This document shows positions 1 to 8,683 of a stretch of 64,000 bases of DNA, piece after piece. Position 1 is the first letter of the stretch. Each line of letters begins with the position of its first letter. Source of the stretch: an uncultured Thermoleophilia bacterium (lineage in GTDB: Bacteria > Actinomycetota > Thermoleophilia > UBA2241). The stretch is from positions 8,089-72,088 of the forward strand of contig CAVOMB010000061.1 in NCBI GenBank assembly GCA_963696935.1, given 5' to 3'. A program made the translations under genes and the position numbers. The notes below the pieces were generated by a model. The model ran no database searches, had not been told where the DNA came from, and saw nothing but the letters and a program-made list of their open reading frames with translations.

Positions 1-174
1 GTGTTCAGCCGCGGCCAGCTCATCGAGAACGTGTGGGGCAGCGACGCCGACTTCTACGACGACAAGACGGTGAACGTGCACGTGCGCCGGCTGCGCGAGA
101 AGGTCGAGCACGAGCCCAGCAGCCCCTCCGTCATCCTCACGGTGCCCGGCATCGGGTACCGCCTCGGGACCTGA
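1..174 (+). CDS. OmpR/PhoB-family response regulator, C-terminal fragment (5' end outside window)
   Basis: Frame 1 from base 1 reads VFSRGQLIENVWG...VNVHVRRLREKVE...VPGIGYRLGT, then TGA at 172-174. This is the winged-helix DNA-binding signature. A histidine kinase starts 10 nt downstream. Confidence 0.8.
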   Translation: MFSRGQLIENVWGSDADFYDDKTVNVHVRRLREKVEHEPSSPSVILTVPGIGYRLGT

Positions 175-184
175 GGACGGCCTC

Positions 185-1579
185 ATGCGTACGCGCTCCC
201 TGCGCTGGCGGCTCGCGCTCACCTACGCGGGCATGGCGCTGCTCACCGCCGTCCTCCTGGGCGGCATCCTCATTGCCGTGCTGGCCAACCACTACACGCG
301 CGCCGAGGACCAGTACCTGACGGCGAGCGCCAAGCTCGTCGTCGCCGACCCGCCGCCGCTCACCACGATGTCCGACCTGACGTCGTGGGCTACGGCGGCG
401 GCGCTCACCACCCAGACGCGCGTGCAGGTGTACGCGAGCGACGGCAGGCTCATCGTCGACTCGGGGTCGCCGAACGCCCTCGACGCCGAGTCGCTGGTCG
501 GCGGCGGCTACGGGTACGGTCGCCAGGACCACGACCAGCTGCCCGACCCGCTCGGCAACGGACTCTTCGGCAGCGGCGGCAGCGCGCGCAGCAGCCGGTC
601 GCTCACCATGGGCATGCAGAACGGCGCCTACGTCAAGCTGTCCGAGGGGCCTGCATCCGGCCGCGACGCGCTGATGAGCGCCATCGTGGCCTGGATCCTG
701 GCGGCCGCGCTGGCCGTGGTCCTCGCGGCCGTGGCCGGCTGGCTGATCGCGCGCCGCATCTCGCAGCCGGTGATCGCTCTCACCGAAGCCAGCGACCGCA
801 TGGCGGCCGGCGATCTGGGCGCCCGCGCCCCCGTCGCCGGCGGCGACGAGGTCGGGCGCCTCGGCGAGTCCTTCAACGGCATGGCGGCGCGCGTGGAGAC
901 CACGGTCACGTCGCTGCGCCGGTTCGTCGCCGACGCGGCCCACGAGATCGGCACGCCGCTCACGGCGCTGCAGGCCGACCTCGAGCTGGCCGAGCGCAAG
1001 GCCTCCGGCGACGACGAGCGCCGGCTGGTGGGCCGGGCCCTCGACCAGACCGCCCGGCTGGCCGGCCTCTCCAACAACCTGCTGCAACTCTCGCGCCTCG
1101 AGGCCGGCGAGCCGGTGGCCGAGGCGCAGTGCGCGGACCTGGCCGGCGTCGCGCGCGAGCTGGCCGACGGCGTGGCCTCGCGCGCCGAGCAGGCCGGCGT
1201 GGAGCTCACGCTGGACGTGGCGCCGGAGGCGCTCCCCGTCCCGCTCGACCGGACGCGCCTGCAGACGGTGCTCGCCAACCTGCTCGACAACGCGGTGAAG
1301 TTCACGCCCGAGGGCGGCACGGTGTCGCTCACGGTGCGGCGCGAGGGAGCCGACGCCGTCGCCACCGTCGCCGACACCGGCGTCGGCATCCCGGACGAGG
1401 AGCAGCGCGAGGTCTTCGAGCGCTTCCACCGCGCGCGCAACGTCTCGGCCTACCCCGGCAACGGCCTGGGGCTCGCCATCGTCAAGGCGGCGGTGGACCG
1501 GGCGGGCGGCACCGTCACCTTCGCCAGCTCGGAGGCCGGCACGACCTTCCGTGTGCTGCTGCCGGTCGCCCCTGCCTAA
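185..1579 (+). CDS. Sensor histidine kinase (TM-HAMP-HisKA-HATPase)
   Basis: 464-aa ORF with two hydrophobic segments, a HAMP-like linker (ISQPVIALTEASDRMAAGDL), an H-box (DAAHEIGTPLT), and N/G boxes (LLDNAVKFT, DTGVGIP, GNGLGLAIV). Confidence 0.9.
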   Translation: MRTRSLRWRLALTYAGMALLTAVLLGGILIAVLANHYTRAEDQYLTASAKLVVADPPPLTTMSDLTSWATAAALTTQTRVQVYASDGRLIVDSGSPNALDAESLVGGGYGYGRQDHDQLPDPLGNGLFGSGGSARSSRSLTMGMQNGAYVKLSEGPASGRDALMSAIVAWILAAALAVVLAAVAGWLIARRISQPVIALTEASDRMAAGDLGARAPVAGGDEVGRLGESFNGMAARVETTVTSLRRFVADAAHEIGTPLTALQADLELAERKASGDDERRLVGRALDQTARLAGLSNNLLQLSRLEAGEPVAEAQCADLAGVARELADGVASRAEQAGVELTLDVAPEALPVPLDRTRLQTVLANLLDNAVKFTPEGGTVSLTVRREGADAVATVADTGVGIPDEEQREVFERFHRARNVSAYPGNGLGLAIVKAAVDRAGGTVTFASSEAGTTFRVLLPVAPA

Positions 1580-3957
1580 GCGGGCCGGCGTTCGTCCCCG
1601 GACGGCACCGCGCCCGCCGGCGTCACACCCGCCGGGCCGGCGCCGTCGCCCCCGCCCCCGTCTCCGTCGTTCCCGCTGCTGCCCTCGGGCGCGACGACGT
1701 GCGGCGGGAGGGCCCGGCTGCGCGGCAGGCCCTGCGCCCGCCGCCGCCTGGGAGCGAAGGCCCCGGCCGCGTCTCCGGTGACTGGAGCCGGCGCCGGCCG
1801 GATGGTGGATCCCAGCCCTGCGCCCTTCGTCACGACGATCGCCCCCCCGGGCGTCGCTGCGACGGCGGCCGTCACTCCGGCCGCGGGCTTCCTGGGGATG
1901 ACGTTGATGATCGCCTCGCAGGGCAGGTTGTCGAGCACGTAGTCGATAGTACGGCCGAACACCTTGTCGGCGATGCGGCGCTTGCCCTGCGAGCCGAGGA
2001 CGATGACCTCGGAGTGGCGCTCGATCGCCGTCTCGACGATCGCCCGGCCGGCCGACCGCGCGGTGACGACCACCGGCGTGAGCTCCACCCTGAACATGTC
2101 CGCCGCCTGCGCGGCGCGCTCGAGCACCTGCCGCGCGCGCTCGCGCTCCTCCGGCAGCCTCGCGTCGATGGGCAGGTTGAGCGGCACCTCGATCACGTAG
2201 AGCGCGTCGATGGACGAGTTGCGCTCCGTTGCGAGCTGGCAGGCCAGCACCATCATCTCCTCGCTCACGGATGTGTCCTTCACCGGCACCAGCAGCTGGT
2301 CGTAGACCACGTCGTCCTGCAGTGTCTGCGGGAGGGTGGGCGACTTGACGGTCTTGGTGAGCGAGTAGCCCTGAGCCTTGCGGAAGATGACGTACGCGAC
2401 GATGCCCACAGCGACCCAGGCGATGCCGATGAGCCCGCTCCTCGGCTTGAAGTAGAGGATGACACACCACACGGTGAAGGTCGCGAGCCCACCGAAGACG
2501 GCCGTGAGCGGCACCGACGTCTTGCCGATGGTGACGTTGAGCGGGGGACGGAACGGCCGCGGCAGGTCCGGCTCTTTGTGCCGCAGCACGATGACCGAGA
2601 GGTGTGCCGCCGTGAACGCGATCATCGACCCGAAGGCGTAGAGGTCCGCCAGCATCGGGATCTCTCCGGGCAGGATGAGGATGATGGCGACGATGCCGAA
2701 CAGGATGATGGCCACGTACGGCGTGAGTCTCGTGGGGTGTACGCGGCCGAGCGCGCGCGGCAACTGCCGGTGCTGGCCGAGTGAGAACGCGAGTCGCGAC
2801 ACCCCGATGATGCCGGCGTTGGTGGCGATGAAGAGGATGGTCGCGGCGAGGATGCCCACCCACGGCCCGAGGATCCAGCGCAGCCACGCCACGTTGTCCG
2901 GCAGGAATCGGACCATCCCGAGCACCGGGTCCGCGAGGTAGTTGCTGCCCAGCTGGGTGCCGTACAGGTTGGTCACCTGCTCCCCATCGACCGTGATCAC
3001 GTCGCCCTTCGGCTCCTGGGCAGGGATCACGGTGGTGCCGTTCGGCAAGGTCTCGACCGGCACGAACGCCGTCACCGATGGATCCGACTTCAGCTTGTAC
3101 GTCCCCTCCGGCTCGGAGGGGACGACCTGGACCGGCACCGTCATGCCGGTGGCGGGGTCGACGGGCACCGTGTTGGTGCCTACGTTCATGACCGACAAGG
3201 CCGCCAGCGGCATGCCGATGTACACGACGAGGACGGCGATGATGACGAAGTTCATGGAGCGCGGCACGTCCCTGTCGGGGTTGCGCGCCTCCTCCGCCAT
3301 GTTCGATATCGTCTCGATGCCCGTGTAGGCAACAGTGCCCATGGCGAGGCCGTAGAGGAACTGGCTCCAGGTCGGCGCGACGCCCCAGTGGATCTGGTCG
3401 ATAAGGATCCTCGGCTCCAGCAGCAGGACGAGCGCGATGATCATGATCAGGACCTGTGTGCCGAGGTCGAGGAGCGCCAGGACGACGTTGAGGGCGGCGG
3501 CCTCCTTGATGCCGACGATGTTGATGACGACCAGCACCACGATGGTGATGGCGCCGCCGATCACGTTGTACGGCGGCTGCTTGAGGATCGGCCAGAAGAT
3601 CGAGAGGTACTGCGGCACGAACAGCGCCGAGATGGCGATGGTCGCCGTGTACGTGAGCATCTGCGCCCAGCCGATACCGAAGCTGGCGAACTCGTTGAAG
3701 GCGCGGCGCGTGAAGCTCGAGGCGCCGCCCGCCTCGGGCATGGCGGCCGTGGCCTCGGAGTAGGACCAGGCGGTGGCGACGAAGAGGCAGCCGGTGATGA
3801 CGAACACGGCCGGCGTGAGGCCCAGGGCGGCGACGGCGACGACGCCCAGAGCGTAGTAGATGGAGGAGCCTACGTTGCCGTAGGCGGTGCTGAAGAGCGC
3901 ACCGACGCCCAGCACCTTGTGCAGCGAGTGTCCTTCTCGGCGCTTGCGGCGTGCCAC
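1576..3957 (-). CDS. APC-family amino acid/polyamine permease fused to a C-terminal universal stress protein (USP) domain
   Basis: 793-aa ORF. The N-terminus is polytopic (GALFSTAYGNVGSSIYYALG...). A USP-like module follows (LLVPVKDTSVSEEMM...SEVIVLGSQGKRRIADKVFGRTIDYVL), then about 100 aa of Gly/Ala/Pro-rich tail. The stop overlaps the convergent kinase stop. Confidence 0.85.
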   Translation of the reverse strand: MARRKRREGHSLHKVLGVGALFSTAYGNVGSSIYYALGVVAVAALGLTPAVFVITGCLFVATAWSYSEATAAMPEAGGASSFTRRAFNEFASFGIGWAQMLTYTATIAISALFVPQYLSIFWPILKQPPYNVIGGAITIVVLVVINIVGIKEAAALNVVLALLDLGTQVLIMIIALVLLLEPRILIDQIHWGVAPTWSQFLYGLAMGTVAYTGIETISNMAEEARNPDRDVPRSMNFVIIAVLVVYIGMPLAALSVMNVGTNTVPVDPATGMTVPVQVVPSEPEGTYKLKSDPSVTAFVPVETLPNGTTVIPAQEPKGDVITVDGEQVTNLYGTQLGSNYLADPVLGMVRFLPDNVAWLRWILGPWVGILAATILFIATNAGIIGVSRLAFSLGQHRQLPRALGRVHPTRLTPYVAIILFGIVAIILILPGEIPMLADLYAFGSMIAFTAAHLSVIVLRHKEPDLPRPFRPPLNVTIGKTSVPLTAVFGGLATFTVWCVILYFKPRSGLIGIAWVAVGIVAYVIFRKAQGYSLTKTVKSPTLPQTLQDDVVYDQLLVPVKDTSVSEEMMVLACQLATERNSSIDALYVIEVPLNLPIDARLPEERERARQVLERAAQAADMFRVELTPVVVTARSAGRAIVETAIERHSEVIVLGSQGKRRIADKVFGRTIDYVLDNLPCEAIINVIPRKPAAGVTAAVAATPGGAIVVTKGAGLGSTIRPAPAPVTGDAAGAFAPRRRRAQGLPRSRALPPHVVAPEGSSGNDGDGGGGDGAGPAGVTPAGAVPSGDERRPA

Positions 3958-3979
3958 GGCTGGTCCTGAACGAGCCCGG

Positions 3980-4207
3980 TCAGGCCCTGAAGCCGGGCTC
4001 GCGCACGACCATGACCGGGCGGCTCGCGCGCATGATGACCGCCTGGGAGACGCTGCCTGTGGACGCAGAGCGGAGGAGGGAGCGCGGGCGGCAGCGCGGC
4101 ACCCTGACCTCTATGGGCGTCTCAGACGCCGCCACGAGGTCCGCGGCGGCCGCCGCCGCCGTCCAGGCGCCGGGACCGTCGGATGCGAGCAGGATCCTCT
4201 CGACCAT
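3980..4207 (-). CDS. Very short USP-like protein (75 aa), possibly an internally deleted USP
   Basis: The N-terminus MVERILLASDG and the C-terminus STGSVSQAVIMRASRPVMVVREP resemble the two ends of a USP domain, but the middle is missing. It sits directly upstream of the APC-USP gene. GGAGG lies upstream of the ATG. Confidence 0.35.
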   Translation of the reverse strand: MVERILLASDGPGAWTAAAAAADLVAASETPIEVRVPRCRPRSLLRSASTGSVSQAVIMRASRPVMVVREPGFRA

Positions 4208-4232
4208 CTCACCCCTCCTGGCGCACGGACCG

Positions 4233-4265
4233 GGACTGCTTCCTGAGGGTCAATTGAAGCAGTCC
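4233..4265 (-). terminator. Perfect 10-bp hairpin downstream of the NarL-type regulator gene
   Basis: ggactgcttc (4233-4242) pairs with gaagcagtcc (4256-4265) across a 13-nt loop. There is no clear U-tract. It could also be a 5'UTR element of the downstream USP gene. Confidence 0.35.
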
Positions 4266-4363
4266 TGGCCTCGCCCTACATCAAGCGGCGGGGGGAACGT
4301 CTCTCCATCAGGACGACTGACTCGCTCCTCAGTCGAAAGGCGGAGGGACGCAGCGCTGTGGCT

Positions 4364-5011
4364 TCAGACGAAGCCGCGACGGATGGCCAGCGCCGTGGCC
4401 TCCGTGCGCGAGGAGACGCCGAGCTTGGCGATGATGCTGCTCACGTGCGTCTTGACGGTCGCGACACCGATCATCAGGCGCTCGCCGATGTCGGCGTTGC
4501 TGAGGCCGTCGGCCATGAGCTTGAGCACCTCCTGCTCGCGCGCGGTGAGCGTGTCTGCCTGGGGCCGCGGCGAGGAGACGGAGCGCACGAGCACGTCCGC
4601 GGCCTCGGGCGCCAGCGTGGAGCGGCCGGCGGCGGCCGCGCGCACGGCGTCGGCCAGTTGGTCGGCGGACACGTTCTTCATGAGGTAGCCGATGGCCCCC
4701 GCACGCAGGGTCTCACCGATGAGGTCCTCGTCGGTGAAGCTGGTGAGCGCCACCACTTTGGTGTCGGGGCACATCTCGAGGACCCGTCGCGTGGCCTCCA
4801 CCCCCGACATGCCGGGCATGACGAGGTCCATGAGCACCACGTCGGGGCGCAGCTCGGCGCACAGCCGCAAGGCCTCCTCGCCGTCCCCGGCCTGCCCGGC
4901 GAGCTCGATGTCGTCGAACATGCCCAGCACGACCTCGAGCCCGCTACGCACCAGCACGTGATCGTCGACGATGACGACCCTGATCTTCCTCTCGCCGCCG
5001 CGCTCCGGCAC
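4364..5011 (-). CDS. NarL/LuxR-family response regulator
   Basis: Receiver domain (KIRVVIVDDHVLVRSGL...VVLMDLVMPGMSG...) plus LuxR HTH (LTAREQEVLKLMADGLSNADIGERLMIGVATVKTHVSSI). I chose the GTG at 5011 because GGGAGG lies 5 nt upstream. The long upstream ORF extension is an out-of-frame shadow overlapping the kinase gene on the same strand. Confidence 0.9.
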   Translation of the reverse strand: MPERGGERKIRVVIVDDHVLVRSGLEVVLGMFDDIELAGQAGDGEEALRLCAELRPDVVLMDLVMPGMSGVEATRRVLEMCPDTKVVALTSFTDEDLIGETLRAGAIGYLMKNVSADQLADAVRAAAAGRSTLAPEAADVLVRSVSSPRPQADTLTAREQEVLKLMADGLSNADIGERLMIGVATVKTHVSSIIAKLGVSSRTEATALAIRRGFV

Positions 5012-5025
5012 CGCGCCTCCCTCGA

Positions 5026-6522
5026 TCAATCCTCTCCGCCGCCGCGCCGCCACTCGGCGGAGACGGTCGTCCCTCGCCCCGGCTCGCTCTCGACGCTCAC
5101 GGCGACCCCGGAGTCCTCCGCGCGCTCGCGCATCATCGCGAGCCCGAAGTGCTCCGGCGTCACGGTCGCCTCGTCGAACCCGTGCCCGTCGTCGCGCACG
5201 CTCAAGCGCACGACCGGCCCGGACATGTCGAGCATAACCCACGCCTCGCTCGCACCCGAATGGCGGCTCACGTTCTGCAGCGACTCCTGGGCGATGCGGA
5301 ACAGCGCCACGCTGACGTCCTGAGGCAGCTGAGCTCCCGGGTGCATGTCCAGATGGACGTCCACGCGGGAGCTGCCGCCGGTGGCCGCGGCCAGCTGCTC
5401 CACGAGCGTGGACAGCGAGGCGTCGGCGAGCGTGTCGGGCCGCATCTCCATGAGCAGCGTGCGCATCTCGGCGAGCGCGCCGCGCGCGAGCCGCTCCACG
5501 TCTTGCACGTTGACCCTGGCCTCCTCCGTGGTCGGCTCCCAGCGGCGACGGATGGCCTCGGCCTTGAGGCTCGCGGCGAACAGCGACTGGGTGACGGAGT
5601 CGTGCAGGTCGCGCGCCAGCCGCGAGCGCTCGGTGGCGGCCGCGGCCCGCCCGATCTCGTCGCGCAGGCGGGTGTTCTCGATCGCCATGGTGACCTGCGT
5701 CCCGAACGACGCGGCCAGGCGGACGTCGAGGTCGCTGAACTCGCGCTGTTCCCGGTAGCCGAGCGCGAGCACGCCGTACCCCTCGTTGCGCACCAGCAGA
5801 GGGACGGCGAGCTGGGCTCCGCGTCCGCCGTCTCCGCTCACCGCCACCGGCCGATGCTCTCTGAGCGCCCTCACCATCGCGTCGCCGGTCTGGGCCAGCG
5901 GGACGGCCGGGCTGAAGCCGGACCCGCCTGTGGCCGCCGCAAGGCGCAGCTCCGCCTGGTCCGCGTCGTAGCGGTAGACGCAGCAGGTGTCGCTGCCGAG
6001 CAACTGGCCGGCCTGCTCGATGGCCTGGACGAGCAGCTCGGAGAGCGGGCGCTCCGTGTCCAGCACCGCGACCTCCTGCAGGGTCTGCAGCTGCGCCGCC
6101 AGCGACTCGAGGCGCCCGGACGTGGACTTCTCCGTCTCGTAGAGCTGCCCCACCTGCGTGAACAGGTACGACAAGGCGATCAGGGCGGCGCCGCTGAGTG
6201 CGCTGAAGCACACCACCGTGATCGTCGGACCGTCCAGGCGATCCTGGACGATGATGATGTAGATGGCGAGCCCGAGGCAGACCAGCGCGACGGCGATGGT
6301 GTCGCGCACGCGCAGCGTCAGCGCGGCAAGCGTGACCGGGACCAGGTAGAAGCCGGCCATGGGGTAACTCACGAACCTCACGTCGAGCACCAGAGCGCCG
6401 GCGATGGCCGCCACCACAAGTACGACCACCTGCACGCGGTGGCGTCCGAGCGCCGCCACCCGCTCGAGCAGCCGGGCGAACCGGCGGTCGTGATAGGCGG
6501 TCTGACCGGCGGTGGTCGCCAC
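5026..6522 (-). CDS. Sensor histidine kinase with membrane, GAF and HisKA_3/HATPase domains (NarX/DesK type)
   Basis: 498-aa ORF with N-terminal TM helices, a GAF-like region (LLGSDTCCVYRYDADQAELRL...), an H-box RSRLARDLHDSVTQSLF, and ATPase boxes (QESLQNVSRHSGA, DDGHGFD). It lies upstream of its NarL-type partner. Confidence 0.9.
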   Translation of the reverse strand: MATTAGQTAYHDRRFARLLERVAALGRHRVQVVVLVVAAIAGALVLDVRFVSYPMAGFYLVPVTLAALTLRVRDTIAVALVCLGLAIYIIIVQDRLDGPTITVVCFSALSGAALIALSYLFTQVGQLYETEKSTSGRLESLAAQLQTLQEVAVLDTERPLSELLVQAIEQAGQLLGSDTCCVYRYDADQAELRLAAATGGSGFSPAVPLAQTGDAMVRALREHRPVAVSGDGGRGAQLAVPLLVRNEGYGVLALGYREQREFSDLDVRLAASFGTQVTMAIENTRLRDEIGRAAAATERSRLARDLHDSVTQSLFAASLKAEAIRRRWEPTTEEARVNVQDVERLARGALAEMRTLLMEMRPDTLADASLSTLVEQLAAATGGSSRVDVHLDMHPGAQLPQDVSVALFRIAQESLQNVSRHSGASEAWVMLDMSGPVVRLSVRDDGHGFDEATVTPEHFGLAMMRERAEDSGVAVSVESEPGRGTTVSAEWRRGGGED

Positions 6523-6625
6523 GCATGCCTCCTCGACGCTGACCGCCTCAGCCTACCGCCCGCAGTGCCCGGCACCAAGGAGCGGTAGGCTGCGACATCC
6601 TGCCACCTGTGGCAGTATCGCCGCC

Positions 6626-7498
6626 ATGGACGCCCGCACCCTGATAGACCGCCGCTACTCCTGCCGCACCTACCTCGACCGGCCGATCTCGGCCGGCGAC
6701 CAGACGGCGCTCGAGGAGTGCATGGCACGGAAGACGCGGGGGCCGCTCGGCACGTCCGCCCGCTTCGGCCTCGTCGCGGCGTCCTCCGACGACGAGGGCG
6801 TGCTCAAGCGCCTCGGCACCTACGGGTTCATCAAGGGCGCGCGCGGCTTCATCGTCGGCGCCGTGCGCAAGGGGCCGGGCGACCTCGAGGACTACGGCTA
6901 CCTGCTCGAGGAGGTCGTCCTGGAGGCCACCGGGATCGGCCTGGGCACCTGCTGGCTGGGCGGGACGTTCACGCGCAGCGCCTTCACGTCCCGCTTCGGC
7001 GGCGTCTCCCGCGACGAGGTCATCCCGGCCGTGGTCTCCACCGGCTATCCGGGAGACGACGGCTCCGGGCGCATCCGCGAGCGCGAGGAGGGCACGCGGC
7101 GGTTCCCGCCCGGCGAGCTGTTTTTCGCCGATGAGCTCGGCGTGCCGCTCGCCGACGGAGCGGACGGCTACGGCGAAGCGCTCGAGGCCGTGCGCATGGC
7201 GCCGTCGGCGACCAACAAGCAGCCCTGGCGCATCGTCCGCCGCGGCGACGACTGGCACTTCTACCTGTACCGCACCAAGGGCTACGGCAAGGGCAGTCCT
7301 TGGTTCAAGCTACTGCGCATCGCCGACCTGCAGCGCGTGGACCTCGGCATCGCCATGTGCCACTTCGAGTTGGTGGCGCGGCAGAACGGGCTGGACGGAG
7401 GCTGGAGCGTCGCCGACCCGGGCCTGACGCTGCCGGCCCCGGGCGTCGAGTACACGGCCACCTGGCGCGCCGGCGCGCCCGGCGGCTCGCGCGGGTAG
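6626..7498 (+). CDS. Nitroreductase-family flavoprotein
   Basis: [22 protein letters not shown]..., [13 protein letters not shown], and [13 protein letters not shown] are typical nitroreductase-fold motifs. I took the ATG at 6626, which is the 39th codon of the 6512 ORF. Confidence 0.8.
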   Translation: MDARTLIDRRYSCRTYLDRPISAGDQTALEECMARKTRGPLGTSARFGLVAASSDDEGVLKRLGTYGFIKGARGFIVGAVRKGPGDLEDYGYLLEEVVLEATGIGLGTCWLGGTFTRSAFTSRFGGVSRDEVIPAVVSTGYPGDDGSGRIREREEGTRRFPPGELFFADELGVPLADGADGYGEALEAVRMAPSATNKQPWRIVRRGDDWHFYLYRTKGYGKGSPWFKLLRIADLQRVDLGIAMCHFELVARQNGLDGGWSVADPGLTLPAPGVEYTATWRAGAPGGSRG

Positions 7499-7894
7499 AT
7501 CGCCGGTCGGCCACTCCCCAGTGCGAGCCAGCAGTTCCTCGAACGCGAACGGCTTGACGAGATAGTCGTCGGCGCCGGCATCCAGCCCGGTGACCTTGTC
7601 GGCGGTCGTGTCCCGCGCGGTGAGCATCAGCACCGGCACGGTCAGACCCCGGTCGCGCAGCTCGCGGCAGAGGGTGAAGCCGTCCACCCCGGGGAGCATC
7701 ACGTCGAGGACCAGCAGGTCGTACGGGAGCTGGTCCCCGGAGCCTGCGGCGTCGGGAGCGCCGCGCCGGGCCGCGAAGCGGCGGCGCGCGGCGCTCCCGT
7801 CGTACAGCACGTCCACGGCGTAGCCCTCGGCCTCGAGCCCCGACTTGAGGGCCCGGACCAGTTTCTCGGCGTCCTCGACGACCAGGATGCGCAC
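7310..7894 (-). CDS. Receiver-domain-only response regulator (OmpR-like, output domain missing)
   Basis: [28 protein letters not shown]...[14 protein letters not shown]...LMLTARD...[18 protein letters not shown] is followed by non-homologous sequence. The last roughly 190 nt run antisense into the nitroreductase gene. GTG at 7894 has GGAGG 9 nt upstream; an alternative ATG is at 7942. Confidence 0.6.
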   Translation of the reverse strand: MRILVVEDAEKLVRALKSGLEAEGYAVDVLYDGSAARRRFAARRGAPDAAGSGDQLPYDLLVLDVMLPGVDGFTLCRELRDRGLTVPVLMLTARDTTADKVTGLDAGADDYLVKPFAFEELLARTGEWPTGDLPARAAGRAGAPGGRVLDARGRQRQARVGDAPASVQPVLPRHQLEVAHGDAEVHALQVGDAQ

Positions 7895-7969
7895 GGGTCC
7901 GGCCTCCTTCGCAGGTCGCGTCGCCTCCAGCCTCGCCCGCAACTCGTCGCGGAGTCAACTCCGACCGGT

Positions 7970-8566
7970 ATGATGAGGCCGCCCGCCCAGCCCTCGAGAG
8001 GAGCCGCCACGTCCGGCCGGCAGCGCAGAGTCGAGCGTGCCCAGAACATCAGCCGCATGTGCCTGGTGTGCGGGCGTGACAACCCCCTGGGCCTCCACGC
8101 CCGCTTCTACGAGCTGGCGCCGGAAGAGCCTTCGGCCGCCGGCGCCGCCGCGGAGCCGACCCCCGCGGGCCCCGAGCTCCTCGGCGTGTTCCACGTCCTC
8201 GAGGAACACCAGAGCTACCCCGGCCGGCTGCACGGCGGCATCAGCTCGACCATCCTCGACGAGACCATCGGCCGGGCCATCCTGCTGGTGCAGCCCGGCG
8301 CGTGGGGCGTCACCGTCGAGTTCGCAGTGAGGTTCCGCCAGCCGGTGCCCCTGGATGAGGAGGTGCGCTGCGTGGCGCGCATCACGCGCGACACCAGCCG
8401 CCTCTTCGAGGGCACCGGCGAGATCCTGCTCGCCGACGGCAGCGTCGCCGTCGAGGGGTCCGGCAAGTACCTCAAGCAGTCGCTCGAGGGCATCACCGAC
8501 CTCGGCTTCATCGAGCGCGAGTGGTTCGCCGACTCGCGCGAGATGCCGGGCGAGGTCGAGCTGTAA
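7970..8566 (+). CDS. PaaI/hotdog-fold thioesterase
   Basis: MCLVCGRDNPLGLHARF..., SYPGRLHGGISSTILDETIG, and GVTVEFAVRFRQPVP match the PaaI family pattern. An alternative start is the ATG at 8057. Confidence 0.75.
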   Translation: MMRPPAQPSRGAATSGRQRRVERAQNISRMCLVCGRDNPLGLHARFYELAPEEPSAAGAAAEPTPAGPELLGVFHVLEEHQSYPGRLHGGISSTILDETIGRAILLVQPGAWGVTVEFAVRFRQPVPLDEEVRCVARITRDTSRLFEGTGEILLADGSVAVEGSGKYLKQSLEGITDLGFIEREWFADSREMPGEVEL

Positions 8567-8599
8567 GGCCCGCCGCCCGGCTGCGCGCCGCGGCGGGCC
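8567..8599. terminator. GC-rich hairpin between convergent genes
   Basis: ggcccgccgc (8567-8576) pairs with gcggcgggcc (8590-8599). It starts immediately after the thioesterase TAA. Confidence 0.45.
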
Positions 8600-8610
8600 C
8601 GGGAACGCGA

Positions 8611-8644
8611 GAGGGCGGGCGACCCTCCCGGACCGCCCGCCCTC
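8611..8644. terminator. Second GC-rich hairpin between convergent genes
   Basis: gagggcgggcg (8611-8621) pairs perfectly with cgcccgccctc (8634-8644) across a 12-nt loop. Confidence 0.45.
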
Positions 8645-8683
8645 GGCATCTTCACTGCACGGCCTCAGCGGCCGGAGCAGTCG

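Noticed and set aside
137-2887. 916-aa minus-strand ORF and the overlapping 799-aa plus-strand ORF (385-2784)
   Set aside because: The products are Arg/Ala/Gly/Pro-rich with no domain-like motifs. They overlap the clearly homologous kinase and permease genes. These are typical stop-poor shadow frames in high-GC DNA.
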